Virus record (IMG/VR): IMGVR_UViG_2568526633_000001
DNA length: 64,000 nt
Reading direction: 5' to 3' (one strand)
Source: an uncultured virus (IMG/VR IMGVR_UViG_2568526633_000001)
Taxonomy: Duplodnaviria; Heunggongvirae; Uroviricota; Caudoviricetes
The position numbers were made by a program, and so were the translations under genes. The notes below the pieces were generated by a model. That model ran no database searches, had not been told where the DNA came from, and was given only the letters and a program-made list of their open reading frames with translations. Positions 41,487-51,290 of the stretch are shown in pieces (position 1 is the first letter of the stretch; each line of letters begins with the position of its first letter).

Positions 41487-42129
41487 TTGGTTTGATGATG
41501 ACGTCACACCTCAGCTATTCAAAGATGAGCTGATGAGTGGCGAAGGAAATATCACAGTCTGGATTAATAGTCCAGGTGGCGATTGTGTGGCGGCAGCTCA
41601 GATCTACAATATGCTGAAAGAATACTCGGGTGACGTGACGATTAAGATTGACGGACTTGCGGCTTCGGCAGCATCAGTCATTGCAATGGCAGGTGACAAA
41701 GTGGTCATGAGTCCTGTTGCCATGATGATGATTCATAATCCGTCCACGGTTGCGTTCGGTGACCGAGTGGATATGCAGAAGGCAATGGCAATGCTTGATG
41801 AAGTGAAGGAAAGTATCATCAATGCATATGAAATCAAAACTGGCATGAGCCGAACTAAACTTGCCCATATGATGGATGCAGAAACGTGGATGGATGCGAG
41901 GTCAGCGGTTGATTTAGGCTTTGCCGATGATGTTGACGGTAAGGTTGACGAAGACCTACCTAAGATGACTTTCTCGGAAACCACGGTGATGAATTCACTC
42001 ATGGATAAAATCGCCAAGCGATGTCGTATAAAATCAGCTAAACAAAAAGAAGAACCAAAACCAACAAATACTATCAAAGCCGATTCTCTCGAAGAACGGC
42101 TATTTTTAATGAAAACATGGAGGGATTAA
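41356..42129 (+). CDS. ClpP-type head maturation protease
   Basis: INSPGG, AASAAS, MIHNP, ETWM. Confidence 0.9.
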   Translation: MKKFWKWVNQTPKNLTTPETQENQEPSQISDRTLYLNGQIAEVSWFDDDVTPQLFKDELMSGEGNITVWINSPGGDCVAAAQIYNMLKEYSGDVTIKIDGLAASAASVIAMAGDKVVMSPVAMMMIHNPSTVAFGDRVDMQKAMAMLDEVKESIINAYEIKTGMSRTKLAHMMDAETWMDARSAVDLGFADDVDGKVDEDLPKMTFSETTVMNSLMDKIAKRCRIKSAKQKEEPKPTNTIKADSLEERLFLMKTWRD

Positions 42130-42132
42130 CTT

Positions 42133-43350
42133 ATGAACCAAATTCAAGAATTGATGGAAAAACGTAAACTTGCATGGGAAGGTGCGAAAGCCTTCGTTGA
42201 AGCGAAGAAAGACAAGGATGGCTTGATGTCGGATGAAGATGCCAAGACTTACTCTGAAATGGAGAAAAAGGTCGCTAACTTCACGAAAGAAATCGAGCGT
42301 ATGCAGTCCATGGAAAACATGGAGCGTGAAATGGCTAAACCAATGTCTGAACCATTGACCTCGCAACCAATGCAAGCTGAAAATAATAACGACAAACCGA
42401 AGAAAACTGGTCGTGCCTCAAACGAGTACAAAGAGGGTGTTCTTCAAGCTCTCCGTTCTAACTTCCGTCAAGTATCAAACGTCCTTCAAGAAGGTGTTGA
42501 TGCGGCAGGTGGTTACCTTGTGCCAGATGAATACGACAAACGCTTGATTGACGGATTAACTTCTGAAAACATCATGCGTTCACTGGGGACAACCATTACC
42601 ACAAGTGGTGAACATAAAATCAATATTGCAGGCAACAAACCGGCTGCTTCATGGATTGAAGAAGGCGGCGAGTTAAGCTTTGGTGATGCAACCTTCGACC
42701 AAATCTTACTTGATGCTCACAAACTTCATGTGGCGATCAAGATTACTGATGAGTTGCTTTACGACAATGCCTTCAACCTCGAAAGCTACATCATTGACCA
42801 ATTTGCTAAAGCCTTATCCAATGCCGAAGAAGATGCCTTCTTGAATGGTGATGGTGTAGGAAAACCTCTCGGAATCTTTGCGGAAACAGGCGGTGGTCAA
42901 GTAGCGGTGACAACGAACACGCAAAGCTCAATTACGGGAGATGAGTTAATCAACCTCGTTTACGCTTTGAAACGTCCATATCGAAAAAATGCGAAGTTCA
43001 TCATGAACGACCAGACGATTGCCCTACTTCGCAAACTCAAAGACAACAATGGCGCTTACTTATGGCAACCAGCCGTTCAAGCAGGTGAACCTGATCGCCT
43101 TTATGGTTATCCGGTTTACACGTCTGAGTATGTGCCAGCGGTGGCTGCTGGCAAACCTGTCATTGCCTTTGGTGATTTCAGCTACTATAACATCGGTGAC
43201 CGTGGTGTGCGTTCCTTCGACCAACTCCGTGAACTCTTTGCGGGCAATGGTATGGTTGGTTTTCTTGCCAAAGAACGTGTGGATGGCAAACTCGTCTTGC
43301 CAGAAGCCATTCAAATCTTGAAGATGAAAGCATCCGCTGCGGCATCTTAA
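42133..43350 (+). CDS. HK97-fold major capsid protein
   Basis: GGYLVP, FLNGDG..KP.G, FGDFSYY, RVDGK. Confidence 0.93.
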   Translation: MNQIQELMEKRKLAWEGAKAFVEAKKDKDGLMSDEDAKTYSEMEKKVANFTKEIERMQSMENMEREMAKPMSEPLTSQPMQAENNNDKPKKTGRASNEYKEGVLQALRSNFRQVSNVLQEGVDAAGGYLVPDEYDKRLIDGLTSENIMRSLGTTITTSGEHKINIAGNKPAASWIEEGGELSFGDATFDQILLDAHKLHVAIKITDELLYDNAFNLESYIIDQFAKALSNAEEDAFLNGDGVGKPLGIFAETGGGQVAVTTNTQSSITGDELINLVYALKRPYRKNAKFIMNDQTIALLRKLKDNNGAYLWQPAVQAGEPDRLYGYPVYTSEYVPAVAAGKPVIAFGDFSYYNIGDRGVRSFDQLRELFAGNGMVGFLAKERVDGKLVLPEAIQILKMKASAAAS

Positions 43351-43420
43351 TAATCGTGGCACTGACGTACCTCTCCGTGTTAAAATATGCTAAGCAATGA
43401 AAACGGAGAGGTTGAATTCA

Positions 43421-43615
43421 ATGTCAGTACAAGGTCAAAAAAAGTGGGATGAGGTTCCTGAAAACATCAAGGAGTTGCTGGTAAACAATGTTTACTGCAG
43501 AAATTGTGGTGTTACTACAATTGTCGACTACGAACCAAGTCTAAGTGATGGTCTAGTGGTTCTTGAGGGGAAATGTAAAACTTGTGGTGCTCCGGTAGCA
43601 CGAGTAATAGATTAG
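43421..43615 (+). CDS. Small Zn-ribbon moron protein
   Basis: CRNC/CKTC; own TGTTAAAAT -10 at ~43378. Confidence 0.7.
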   Translation: MSVQGQKKWDEVPENIKELLVNNVYCRNCGVTTIVDYEPSLSDGLVVLEGKCKTCGAPVARVID

Positions 43616-43627
43616 AGAGGAAGCTTA

Positions 43628-43960
43628 ATGAATGGGCAATATCATCTAATCAATCGAAAAGGGAATAAGTTCAAGTTTTATTGGGCTCCAATGCATCCTG
43701 AAATTAACCGCACGGACTATTCCAAATGGGGAGTGGCAGTCGTTGATTTGGATTGGAAAACTTATGACCCACGTCCGCTGCATTTGAGGGCAAAACCATT
43801 AGACTATGAATTACAGCCTACTTTTCAAGTGTTGAGCTTTCCAATTATTGGTGGGGAAGAGTACCGTAATACATATTGGGTTCTCGGCTCTCACCATCTT
43901 TGGCAAGCAATTAGAGTATTTGAAAAGGGCGGAAAAGATGCTGCATGGGCATCTGGATGA
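43628..43960 (+). CDS. Hypothetical moron protein
   Basis: AGAGGA RBS; followed by a terminator hairpin at ~43960-43990. Confidence 0.6.
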   Translation: MNGQYHLINRKGNKFKFYWAPMHPEINRTDYSKWGVAVVDLDWKTYDPRPLHLRAKPLDYELQPTFQVLSFPIIGGEEYRNTYWVLGSHHLWQAIRVFEKGGKDAAWASG

Positions 43961-44005
43961 GGTAATCACCTAGTGGTTGCCTTTTTATTTTGGAGAGGAG
44001 GCAAC

Positions 44006-44317
44006 ATGACGAGCTTACTTGCAAAGGTAAAAGCCAATCTCATACTCGAGCATAGTGAGGATGATGAGCTGTTGGAACGATTTATTCTGACGGCTCTTTC
44101 TTATGCCGAAAGCTACCAACACCTAACTGAAGGCTATTATTCGGAAAATGAAATCCCAGCCACGACTGAGCAAGCGATTATTATGCTTGCCAGTCACTTC
44201 TATGAAAGTCGTGACGGTTCAACCGCTGGCTTCTTTTCGGATAACGTCAATGCTAGTAGCCAAGTTTGGAACACAGTTAATCTGCTACTCAGGCTAGACA
44301 GGCGGTGGCAAGTATGA
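44006..44317 (+). CDS. Head-tail connector (gp6-like)
   Basis: KVKANL...DDELL...AIIMLASHFYESR. Confidence 0.85.
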   Translation: MTSLLAKVKANLILEHSEDDELLERFILTALSYAESYQHLTEGYYSENEIPATTEQAIIMLASHFYESRDGSTAGFFSDNVNASSQVWNTVNLLLRLDRRWQV

Positions 44318-44652
44318 GTTTTGGGAAAATGAATCAACGTATTCAGATAGTAAAGACGGTTAACCAGAAAGACAGTGCAGGCTTTGTGACCAAACAAGAT
44401 GAGGTCCTGGCAAGCGTTCGGACTTACAAGGAAGAAAAGAACGCCACCGAAAAGTGGGTCAACCTTGCGACCTTTAGCTCAGCGACTTGTTTATTTCGTC
44501 TGAGGGTAATTCCGAACCTCACTGTCACGACTGAAATGGTTATCTTGTCGGACAATGACAGGTATCAAATCATTTCAGTAGAAAACGTCAGAAATCGAGA
44601 CATGTACCTTGAAGTGTTGGCGAAGAAAGTTGAGGTGAGTGCGGATGGCTAA
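44314..44652 (+). CDS. Head closure protein
   Basis: GKMNQRIQI...YQIISVE; position in the operon. Confidence 0.8.
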   Translation: MSFGKMNQRIQIVKTVNQKDSAGFVTKQDEVLASVRTYKEEKNATEKWVNLATFSSATCLFRLRVIPNLTVTTEMVILSDNDRYQIISVENVRNRDMYLEVLAKKVEVSADG

Positions 44653-45076
44653 GGCAATAATGAAGATGCCAGAGGACTTCTTGATGAAGGTCTCAAAACT
44701 TGAAAGCAAGACGGATGAAATCTTGCCACGAGTGTTGGAGAGCGGTGCGGAGGTGGTTGAAGCCAAAGTCAGAACCAACCTTTCAGCAGTTGTTGGTGCA
44801 AATACCAAGCTTGAAAGTCAGTCAACTGGAGAACTCGAACGAGCGCTTGGTACATCACAAGCCCGTCAAGATAAGGACGGGAACTGGAATATCAAAGTTG
44901 GTTTTGACGAACCACGGTCTGACGGTGATTCCAATGCCAAGATTGCGAATATCCTTGAATACGGTCGTCACGGTCAAGCACCTAAACCTTTCTTGAAACC
45001 TGCTAAGTCGCAATCAAGGAAATCTTGCATTGAAACTATGAAGGCGAAACTCGAAAGTGAGGTGGAGAGCATTTGA
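44645..45076 (+). CDS. HK97 gp10-like neck protein
   Basis: STGEL, LEYG, PFLKPA. Confidence 0.85.
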   Translation: MAKAIMKMPEDFLMKVSKLESKTDEILPRVLESGAEVVEAKVRTNLSAVVGANTKLESQSTGELERALGTSQARQDKDGNWNIKVGFDEPRSDGDSNAKIANILEYGRHGQAPKPFLKPAKSQSRKSCIETMKAKLESEVESI

Positions 45077-45411
45077 TTTTAGAAGAATTAAACACTTTAC
45101 TTATGAACCTCGACATTCCAGTTGAAACGGGTGAATTCAGTGGTCCGGCTCCTGACGTTTATTCAGTGCTCACACCACTTTCCGATCGTTTTGAAGTCTA
45201 CGGAGACAACTTGCCTACGGTTGATATTTGTGAGGTTCGCATTTCACTTTTTGTCCGTGGGAACTATCTGGAAATGAAGAAACAAATAATTCAAGCCTTA
45301 CTTGGAGCAGACTTTACGATCACGGATCGGCTCTTTGTCGGTTTTGAGAAAGACACGAAATATTATCATGTGGCGATAGATGTCGCCAAGCATTATGAAA
45401 TGGAGGGATAA
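45073..45411 (+). CDS. Putative tail completion protein
   Basis: Size and position; FEKDTKYYH. Confidence 0.7.
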   Translation: MILEELNTLLMNLDIPVETGEFSGPAPDVYSVLTPLSDRFEVYGDNLPTVDICEVRISLFVRGNYLEMKKQIIQALLGADFTITDRLFVGFEKDTKYYHVAIDVAKHYEMEG

Positions 45412-45412
45412 G

Positions 45413-46003
45413 ATGGCTACGATTGGATTGGATCAATTATTTTATGCACCGATTACAGAGTCGGCAACCACTGGTGAAGAAACATATGGAACACCCGTGA
45501 AACTTGCGAAGGCAATCTCAGCTGAGCTGTCAGTTGAATTAGCCGAGGCGACATTGTTTGCGGATGACGGTGCATCAGAGGTGGTCAAAGAATTTAAGAA
45601 TGGGAAATTGACACTTGGTGTTGATGACATTGGGCGAAGTGTTGCAGCCGTGCTTGTTGGGGCAACTGTTGACGATAACGGTGTCTTGATTTCAACGACT
45701 GAGGATGGAGGTACGCCGGTTGCGATTGGTTTCCGTGCGCGTAAGTCCAACGGGAAATATAAATACCTGTGGCTTTACCGCGTAAAATTTGCTGTACCAA
45801 GCACCAGTCTTGCGACTAAGGGTGACGACATTACCTTCTCAAGCCCAACGATTGAGGGAACGGTGATGCGCCGAAATAAACTTGACGGACAAGGCAAACA
45901 CCCGTGGAAAGCGGAAGTGGATGAAAATGATACTGGGGTCGATGCAGCTACCATCAGTGGTTGGTACGCGAGTGTCTATGAACCTGAATTTACGGAAGGC
46001 TAG
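45413..46003 (+). CDS. Major tail protein (phi13-like)
   Basis: MATIGL..YA.I, LFADD, WLYRVKF. Confidence 0.88.
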   Translation: MATIGLDQLFYAPITESATTGEETYGTPVKLAKAISAELSVELAEATLFADDGASEVVKEFKNGKLTLGVDDIGRSVAAVLVGATVDDNGVLISTTEDGGTPVAIGFRARKSNGKYKYLWLYRVKFAVPSTSLATKGDDITFSSPTIEGTVMRRNKLDGQGKHPWKAEVDENDTGVDAATISGWYASVYEPEFTEG

Positions 46004-46012
46004 GAGGATACC

Positions 46013-46396
46013 ATGACAGAAGAACGAAGTGCCAAGATAACGCTTGGTGGAGATGAATACGAGTTGATTTTAACAACCAAGGCGACTAAAGAAATCGCTG
46101 CTCACTACGGTGGGCTTGAGAACTTGGGTGAGAAATTGCTTAAGAGCGAGAACTTTGAACTAGCCCTTGATGAAATCATCTGGCTGATTACTTTGTTGGC
46201 CAATCAGTCCATCAAGATTCATAACTTGAAAAACAAGGATGACAAGAAAGACGAACTCACGACTGAGTATGTGGAGCTATTGACCTCGCCACTGGAACTA
46301 GCTGAATACAAATCAGCAATCACCGAAGCAATGTTCAAGGGAACTGCTCGGAACATTGAGAGTGAGATTGAAACAAAAAACAAAGCAGGCGAGTAA
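46013..46396 (+). CDS. Tail assembly chaperone (G)
   Basis: Follows the major tail gene; ends with a slippery heptamer. Confidence 0.8.
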   Translation: MTEERSAKITLGGDEYELILTTKATKEIAAHYGGLENLGEKLLKSENFELALDEIIWLITLLANQSIKIHNLKNKDDKKDELTTEYVELLTSPLELAEYKSAITEAMFKGTARNIESEIETKNKAGE

Positions 46397-46584
46397 GTGA
46401 CGTTGAAACATTTACTCGCCTTTACTATTACGGAACAGTGCAAATGGGCATGACACCAGATGATTTTTGGTTTTGCCCACTTGGACTGTTTCTTGATTTA
46501 TGGGAATGCCATAAGCAGTTCGCGGGCATCAGCAAGCCAAAGGTTGAGATGTTCATTGATGATGTGATTCCAAGTGGGATTTAA
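46375..46584 (+). CDS. -1 frameshift extension (T) of the tail assembly chaperone
   Basis: In-frame A AAA AAC at 46375-46381; -1 frame open to TAA at 46582-46584 (..MGMTPDDFWFCPLGLFLDLWECHK..). Confidence 0.8.
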   Translation, partial: KKQSRRVSDVETFTRLYYYGTVQMGMTPDDFWFCPLGLFLDLWECHKQFAGISKPKVEMFIDDVIPSGI

Positions 46585-46661
46585 TTGATAGTTTGTGTTT
46601 AAAATATTCCAAGTGTTATAATTTATATATGTTATTGAAGAGATTCTGAGGAGGCTATGCT

Positions 46662-47306
46662 ATGGATTACAAACTTTTTCAGGAACATAGAGAAACTAAG
46701 TACGGCATTCATTTAGTTGAAGAAACTTCACTTGATACGCTTGTGTATTCGATTGTTCATTTGAATGATACCGGAAAAGTAATTGTAGCAATTGCAATGA
46801 ATCCAAGAGGCAATAAACCGATAAGCGAGGAAGAAAATCGTATAAATAATGCGAATTCTCAAAATGTTACTAAGTTGGAGCCAACTAGAAGAACCGCACT
46901 GTATCGTTTTTCTGACTTATTCGGATATAAATCTTTCAAAGAATTAATTCAGGTAGATATTTTTTCCAAACGAACAATTCAATCCAAGCAATTAGATTAT
47001 GAAATTCGGAATGCTGTCGATAGAACTGAATTAGATAGATTGATTGGATTCAATAACTATGAAACTATAAAAGCGGAAGTTGAAAAAGCTGACTATGTTT
47101 TACTCGATTGGGGAGCAGGTATTCCATGGGAAAAATTTAGTGACTATAGAGATGAGTTATATCAACTTTTTGAAAATAACTTTGAAAAATGTTTTTGGTT
47201 TGGAGCAACATCTGATGGATCCCCTAAACATCCAAATTTCCATGGGGAAAAAAGACTACAAAAAATAGAAAAATCTGAGCTAAAAAGAATTTTCTACAAA
47301 AAATAA
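46662..47306 (+). CDS. AT-rich moron, DUF1643-like protein
   Basis: IAMNP, LDWGA and GSPKHP motifs; TGTTATAAT promoter at 46614; terminator at ~47320-47342. Confidence 0.6.
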   Translation: MDYKLFQEHRETKYGIHLVEETSLDTLVYSIVHLNDTGKVIVAIAMNPRGNKPISEEENRINNANSQNVTKLEPTRRTALYRFSDLFGYKSFKELIQVDIFSKRTIQSKQLDYEIRNAVDRTELDRLIGFNNYETIKAEVEKADYVLLDWGAGIPWEKFSDYRDELYQLFENNFEKCFWFGATSDGSPKHPNFHGEKRLQKIEKSELKRIFYKK

Positions 47307-47373
47307 AACATGTCGATTAAGACTGCGTAGGCGGTCTTTTTTCATGCTTAAAACAGGAAGGGGGTGAGGTTTA

Positions 47374-49934
47374 ATGGCAGATAACTTTGGCTTAAAGATT
47401 GGAGTTGAGGGGGAGAAGGAGTTTAAGAACTCTCTTCGTGAAATCAACCAATCCTTCAAGGTGCTCGGCTCAGAGATGAAGTTGGTATCCTCTGAGTTCG
47501 ATAAGAATGACAAAAGCATTCAGGCGGTTTCTGCTCGAAATGCAGTCCTCAATAAGTCGATTGATGCTCAGAAAGAGAAAATCACGACACTTGAAAGTGC
47601 CCTTAAAAACGCCTCAGACAGCTTTGGCGAAAACGATAAACGAACCCAGAACTGGGCAATCCAACTCAACAACGCCAAGGCTCAGCTTAATGGCATGGAG
47701 CGTGAACTTGCGACCAATGAGAAGGCACTCGACTCCATGGGGCAAGAAGAGGTGGACGTCACCAAAGAAACGGATAACCTTGGCAATGAACTCAAGGATA
47801 CAGGTGATGAGGCTGAGAAGTCTGGAGGCAAGTTCGAGAAATTCGGTGGCGTTCTTAAAGGCATTGGTGCAGCCATGGGAGCCGTGGCTCTTGCAGCCGG
47901 TGCTGCCGCAATTGAATTAGGCAAACAAGTGGTATCAGCTTATGCCGACTATGAACAATTAGTCGGCGGGGTTGATACCCTTTTTGGTGATGCATCAAAG
48001 ACAGTTCAGAAATCAGCGGATAATGCCTTCAAGACTGCAGGGATGTCCGCCAACGAGTACATGGAAACTGTCACAGGTTTCTCTGCAAGCTTGATCCAGT
48101 CACTCAACGGAGATACGGCAAAAGCTGCTGGTGTCGCTGACCAAGCCATCACCGACATGAGCGATAATGCCAACAAAATGGGATCGAATATGTCTGACAT
48201 CCAAAATGCGTATCAAGGTTTTGCTAAGCAGAACTACACTATGCTCGACAACTTGAAATTAGGTTATGGCGGGACAAAAGGTGAGATGGAACGACTGCTT
48301 GCTGACGCAGAGAAAATCACAGGCAAGAAGTATGACCTTTCCAACTTTGCGGATGTGACCGAAGCGATTCATGTCATCCAAACTGAAATTGGCATCACAG
48401 GAACGACTGCCAAAGAGGCGACAGAAACCATCAGCGGTTCGATTGATGGCATGCAGTCGGCAATTTCTAACCTCATGGCAGGACTCGGAAATGCTAATGC
48501 AGATATTGGCTCACTCATTGGAAATGTGGTCGAGTCATTCCAAAATGTGCTCAAGAACATCATTCCTGTCATTGAAAATATCGTCTCCGCCTTGCCTGCG
48601 ATGATTGATGCGGTCATCGGGGCAATTGGTCAGTTATTGCCAACCTTGCTCGAGGCAGTGACCTCATTGTTTTCTCAAGTTTTGCAGACGATTTTAGGCC
48701 TACTACCGACCTTGATTCCCGTGGTGGTTCAAGCCGTCTTAACGATTGTGCAAACATTGATTGAGAATCTGCCACTCCTTATTAATGCCGCCTTTCAGTT
48801 AGTAACGACACTCATTCAAGGTATCGGGGAGGCTTTACCTGAGCTTATCCCGATTACCATTCAAGCCATTATCACCATTGTGAATGGTTTGATTGAGAAC
48901 TTGCCGTTACTCCTTGATGCGGCTCTCCAACTAATCATGGGACTGGCTCAAGGGTTGATTACGGCTTTACCGATTTTGATTGGTGCTTTGCCACAGATTA
49001 TTACGGGAATCGTGAACTTCATTATCAGTTCTATCCCCATCATCATCCAGACAGGTATTCAACTATTACCTCGTTGGTATCGGCATTACCTGATATCATC
49101 AATGCGATTGTGGCAGCCATTCCGGTGATTATTCAAAACATTTTGAATGCGGTGATTGGGGCAATTCCTCAGCTGATTGATGCAGGTATTCAACTCTTAG
49201 TTGCTTTAATTGGTGCTTTACCACAAATCATCACGACCATTGCGAACGCTCTGCCTTAGATTATCAATGCCATTACAAGCACCTTGGTTGGGAATATCGA
49301 CAAGATTATCCTTGCCGGAGTGCAACTATTAGTAGCGTTGGTTCAGAACTTGCCGGCCATTATCTCGGCAGTTGTGAAGGCAGTCCCTCAAATTATCACA
49401 GGACTCGTGAATGCCTTTGGGGAGTACATCTCCACAATGGGAAATATTGGTCTCAACCTCATCAAAGGCATGTGGAATGGTATCGCTGATGCAGCGGGTT
49501 GGCTTAGAAGTAAAATCTCAGGGTTCTTCGGTGGCGTGGTAAACAGTATCAAGGATTTCTTTGGTATTCACTCACCATCAACTTTGTTCCGAGATGAAAT
49601 CGGGAAGAACATGGCGCTAGGGATTGGCGTTGGTTTCGATAAGGAAATGACGGGTGTGGCGAAAACCATGCAAGATGCCATTCCAACGAAGCTTGATATG
49701 CCAAAATTTGATATTGATACAGGTATCCATACAGCAATTGATAGCACCTTCTCCATGCTTGATTTAGGAGCGAAGGTGGACGCACTTACCAATATTACGA
49801 CTGAGATGTTCCCAGCACTCCTCAAAGCAATGGATATCAAGATTACCCTTGATGATGGAACGCTTGTTGGTCGCTTAGCTCCTGAAATTGATAAGAGCTT
49901 AGCTGTTTTGAAACGTAGAAATTATGCCTACTAA
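47374..49934 (+). pseudogene. Tape measure protein disrupted by a frameshift (~49068) and an in-frame TAG (49257-49259)
   Basis: Helical LPxII repeats continue across three ORF pieces to the FFGIHSPS C-terminus. Confidence 0.85.
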
Positions 49935-50007
49935 TTAAGGGGTAAAAGCGCCATTTTTTATTTTGATGTATAATTTAAATACATGAAATCGGAAACGGAG
50001 AGTTATT

Positions 50008-50529
50008 ATGGGGAATATTATTGATAATGTCATGGGGCATATTACTCCAATTGACAAAAAAGAAGTTGATGAATTTAAATTGCTTGTATCAGAGGAGGCA
50101 TTTCTGACAGAAAATCGTGACAAAATCACGTTTTCAGAAGGATTCCCACCGGAATTAGCAGGAGCAATTAGCGGTTTGGGTGCTGGTGCTGTTGGAGTAG
50201 GGTTTGTGTTTGCCGCATTTGCCGGAATGAGCGGAGCGGAGATTATGGCGGCGCTTGCTGGATTTGGAGTTGCCGGAGCAGTTGGAGGAATCGCAAGTAT
50301 TGCTGCTGTAGTGGCTGCGCCTATCGTTATAGTTGGTGGAGGTGCGTTCCACATTGCCAATCAGAATAAACTAGGTCATGAGTTAGAACGACTGTTTAAA
50401 GAATCAATCAAATTTGAGAAACAACTTGCCAATGACGAAAGAGAAAATGTTAGAGGCTTGATTCTAGCTACAAACGAATATCGTAAAAAGCTTGCTAATA
50501 AGCATCATAATTTGAAGAAGTATGTTTAA
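50008..50529 (+). CDS. Gly/Ala-rich membrane moron protein
   Basis: GxxxG-rich hydrophobic centre; own TATAAT at 49969 and terminator at ~50553-50576. Confidence 0.7.
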   Translation: MGNIIDNVMGHITPIDKKEVDEFKLLVSEEAFLTENRDKITFSEGFPPELAGAISGLGAGAVGVGFVFAAFAGMSGAEIMAALAGFGVAGAVGGIASIAAVVAAPIVIVGGGAFHIANQNKLGHELERLFKESIKFEKQLANDERENVRGLILATNEYRKKLANKHHNLKKYV

Positions 50530-50597
50530 ATGTGCTTCATAATAATAACCAAAGATCGCTTTGCGGTCTTTTTTTATGCCCAAAAGGAGGTGGTAGC

Positions 50598-51290
50598 TTG
50601 AATGCGTTTATTTTAGATGGAACAATCAACTCACGGACTGACCTTGGACTTCGCATCACACAAGTTCCTGTGATTCCAACAAGTGAACGAGTGATTGAAA
50701 ACATTGAGGTGGATGGACGAGAAGGAGATTTGACCTTACTCAAGGGTTGGAAGGATATGACGTTTAATCTGAAAGCCGTCATCTGGGCAAAGGATGTGTG
50801 GACGGTCTGGCGAAATATCTCTCCACAAATCCTAAACGCCAAGACCATTAGCTTTTCAAACGATCCGTCAGTCTTTTATAAAATGAAAACCATTCAGGCG
50901 AGTGGGTTAACGCAAGTGCTATCGACCATGTGGGAGTTTGAGCTTGAAATTACCTGCTTGCCATTTCGTTATAAAGTAGGCGTTCCGCTCATCAATCGAA
51001 CCTCATCTGGAACGGTAACGAATAGTGGTAACGTCTTTTCACTGCCACGAATCAAGGTCTATGGCAGTGGTACGAGGACACTAACGATTAACGGCAAACC
51101 TATCGTGCTCAACCTTCAATCAGAGTATTTGATTATCGATAGTGAACTGAAGGAATGTTACTACGGAGACGTGGCAACAAATAATCTAATGACAGGTGAT
51201 TTCCCTGAATTTCGAGTGGGCTCTAATACGGTCACGCTAGGAACAGGTATCACCAAAGTCGAAATCGAACCGAGGTGGCGATACTTATGA
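50598..51290 (+). CDS. Distal tail protein (Dit)
   Basis: VDGREG, CLPFRY, GDFP, PRWRYL; position after the TMP. Confidence 0.85.
   Translation: MNAFILDGTINSRTDLGLRITQVPVIPTSERVIENIEVDGREGDLTLLKGWKDMTFNLKAVIWAKDVWTVWRNISPQILNAKTISFSNDPSVFYKMKTIQASGLTQVLSTMWEFELEITCLPFRYKVGVPLINRTSSGTVTNSGNVFSLPRIKVYGSGTRTLTINGKPIVLNLQSEYLIIDSELKECYYGDVATNNLMTGDFPEFRVGSNTVTLGTGITKVEIEPRWRYL

Noticed and set aside
49935..50360. Minus-strand Ala/Pro-rich ORF and many other antisense or nested ORFs in the track
   Set aside because: Shadows of real opposite-strand genes, without RBS or recognisable motifs
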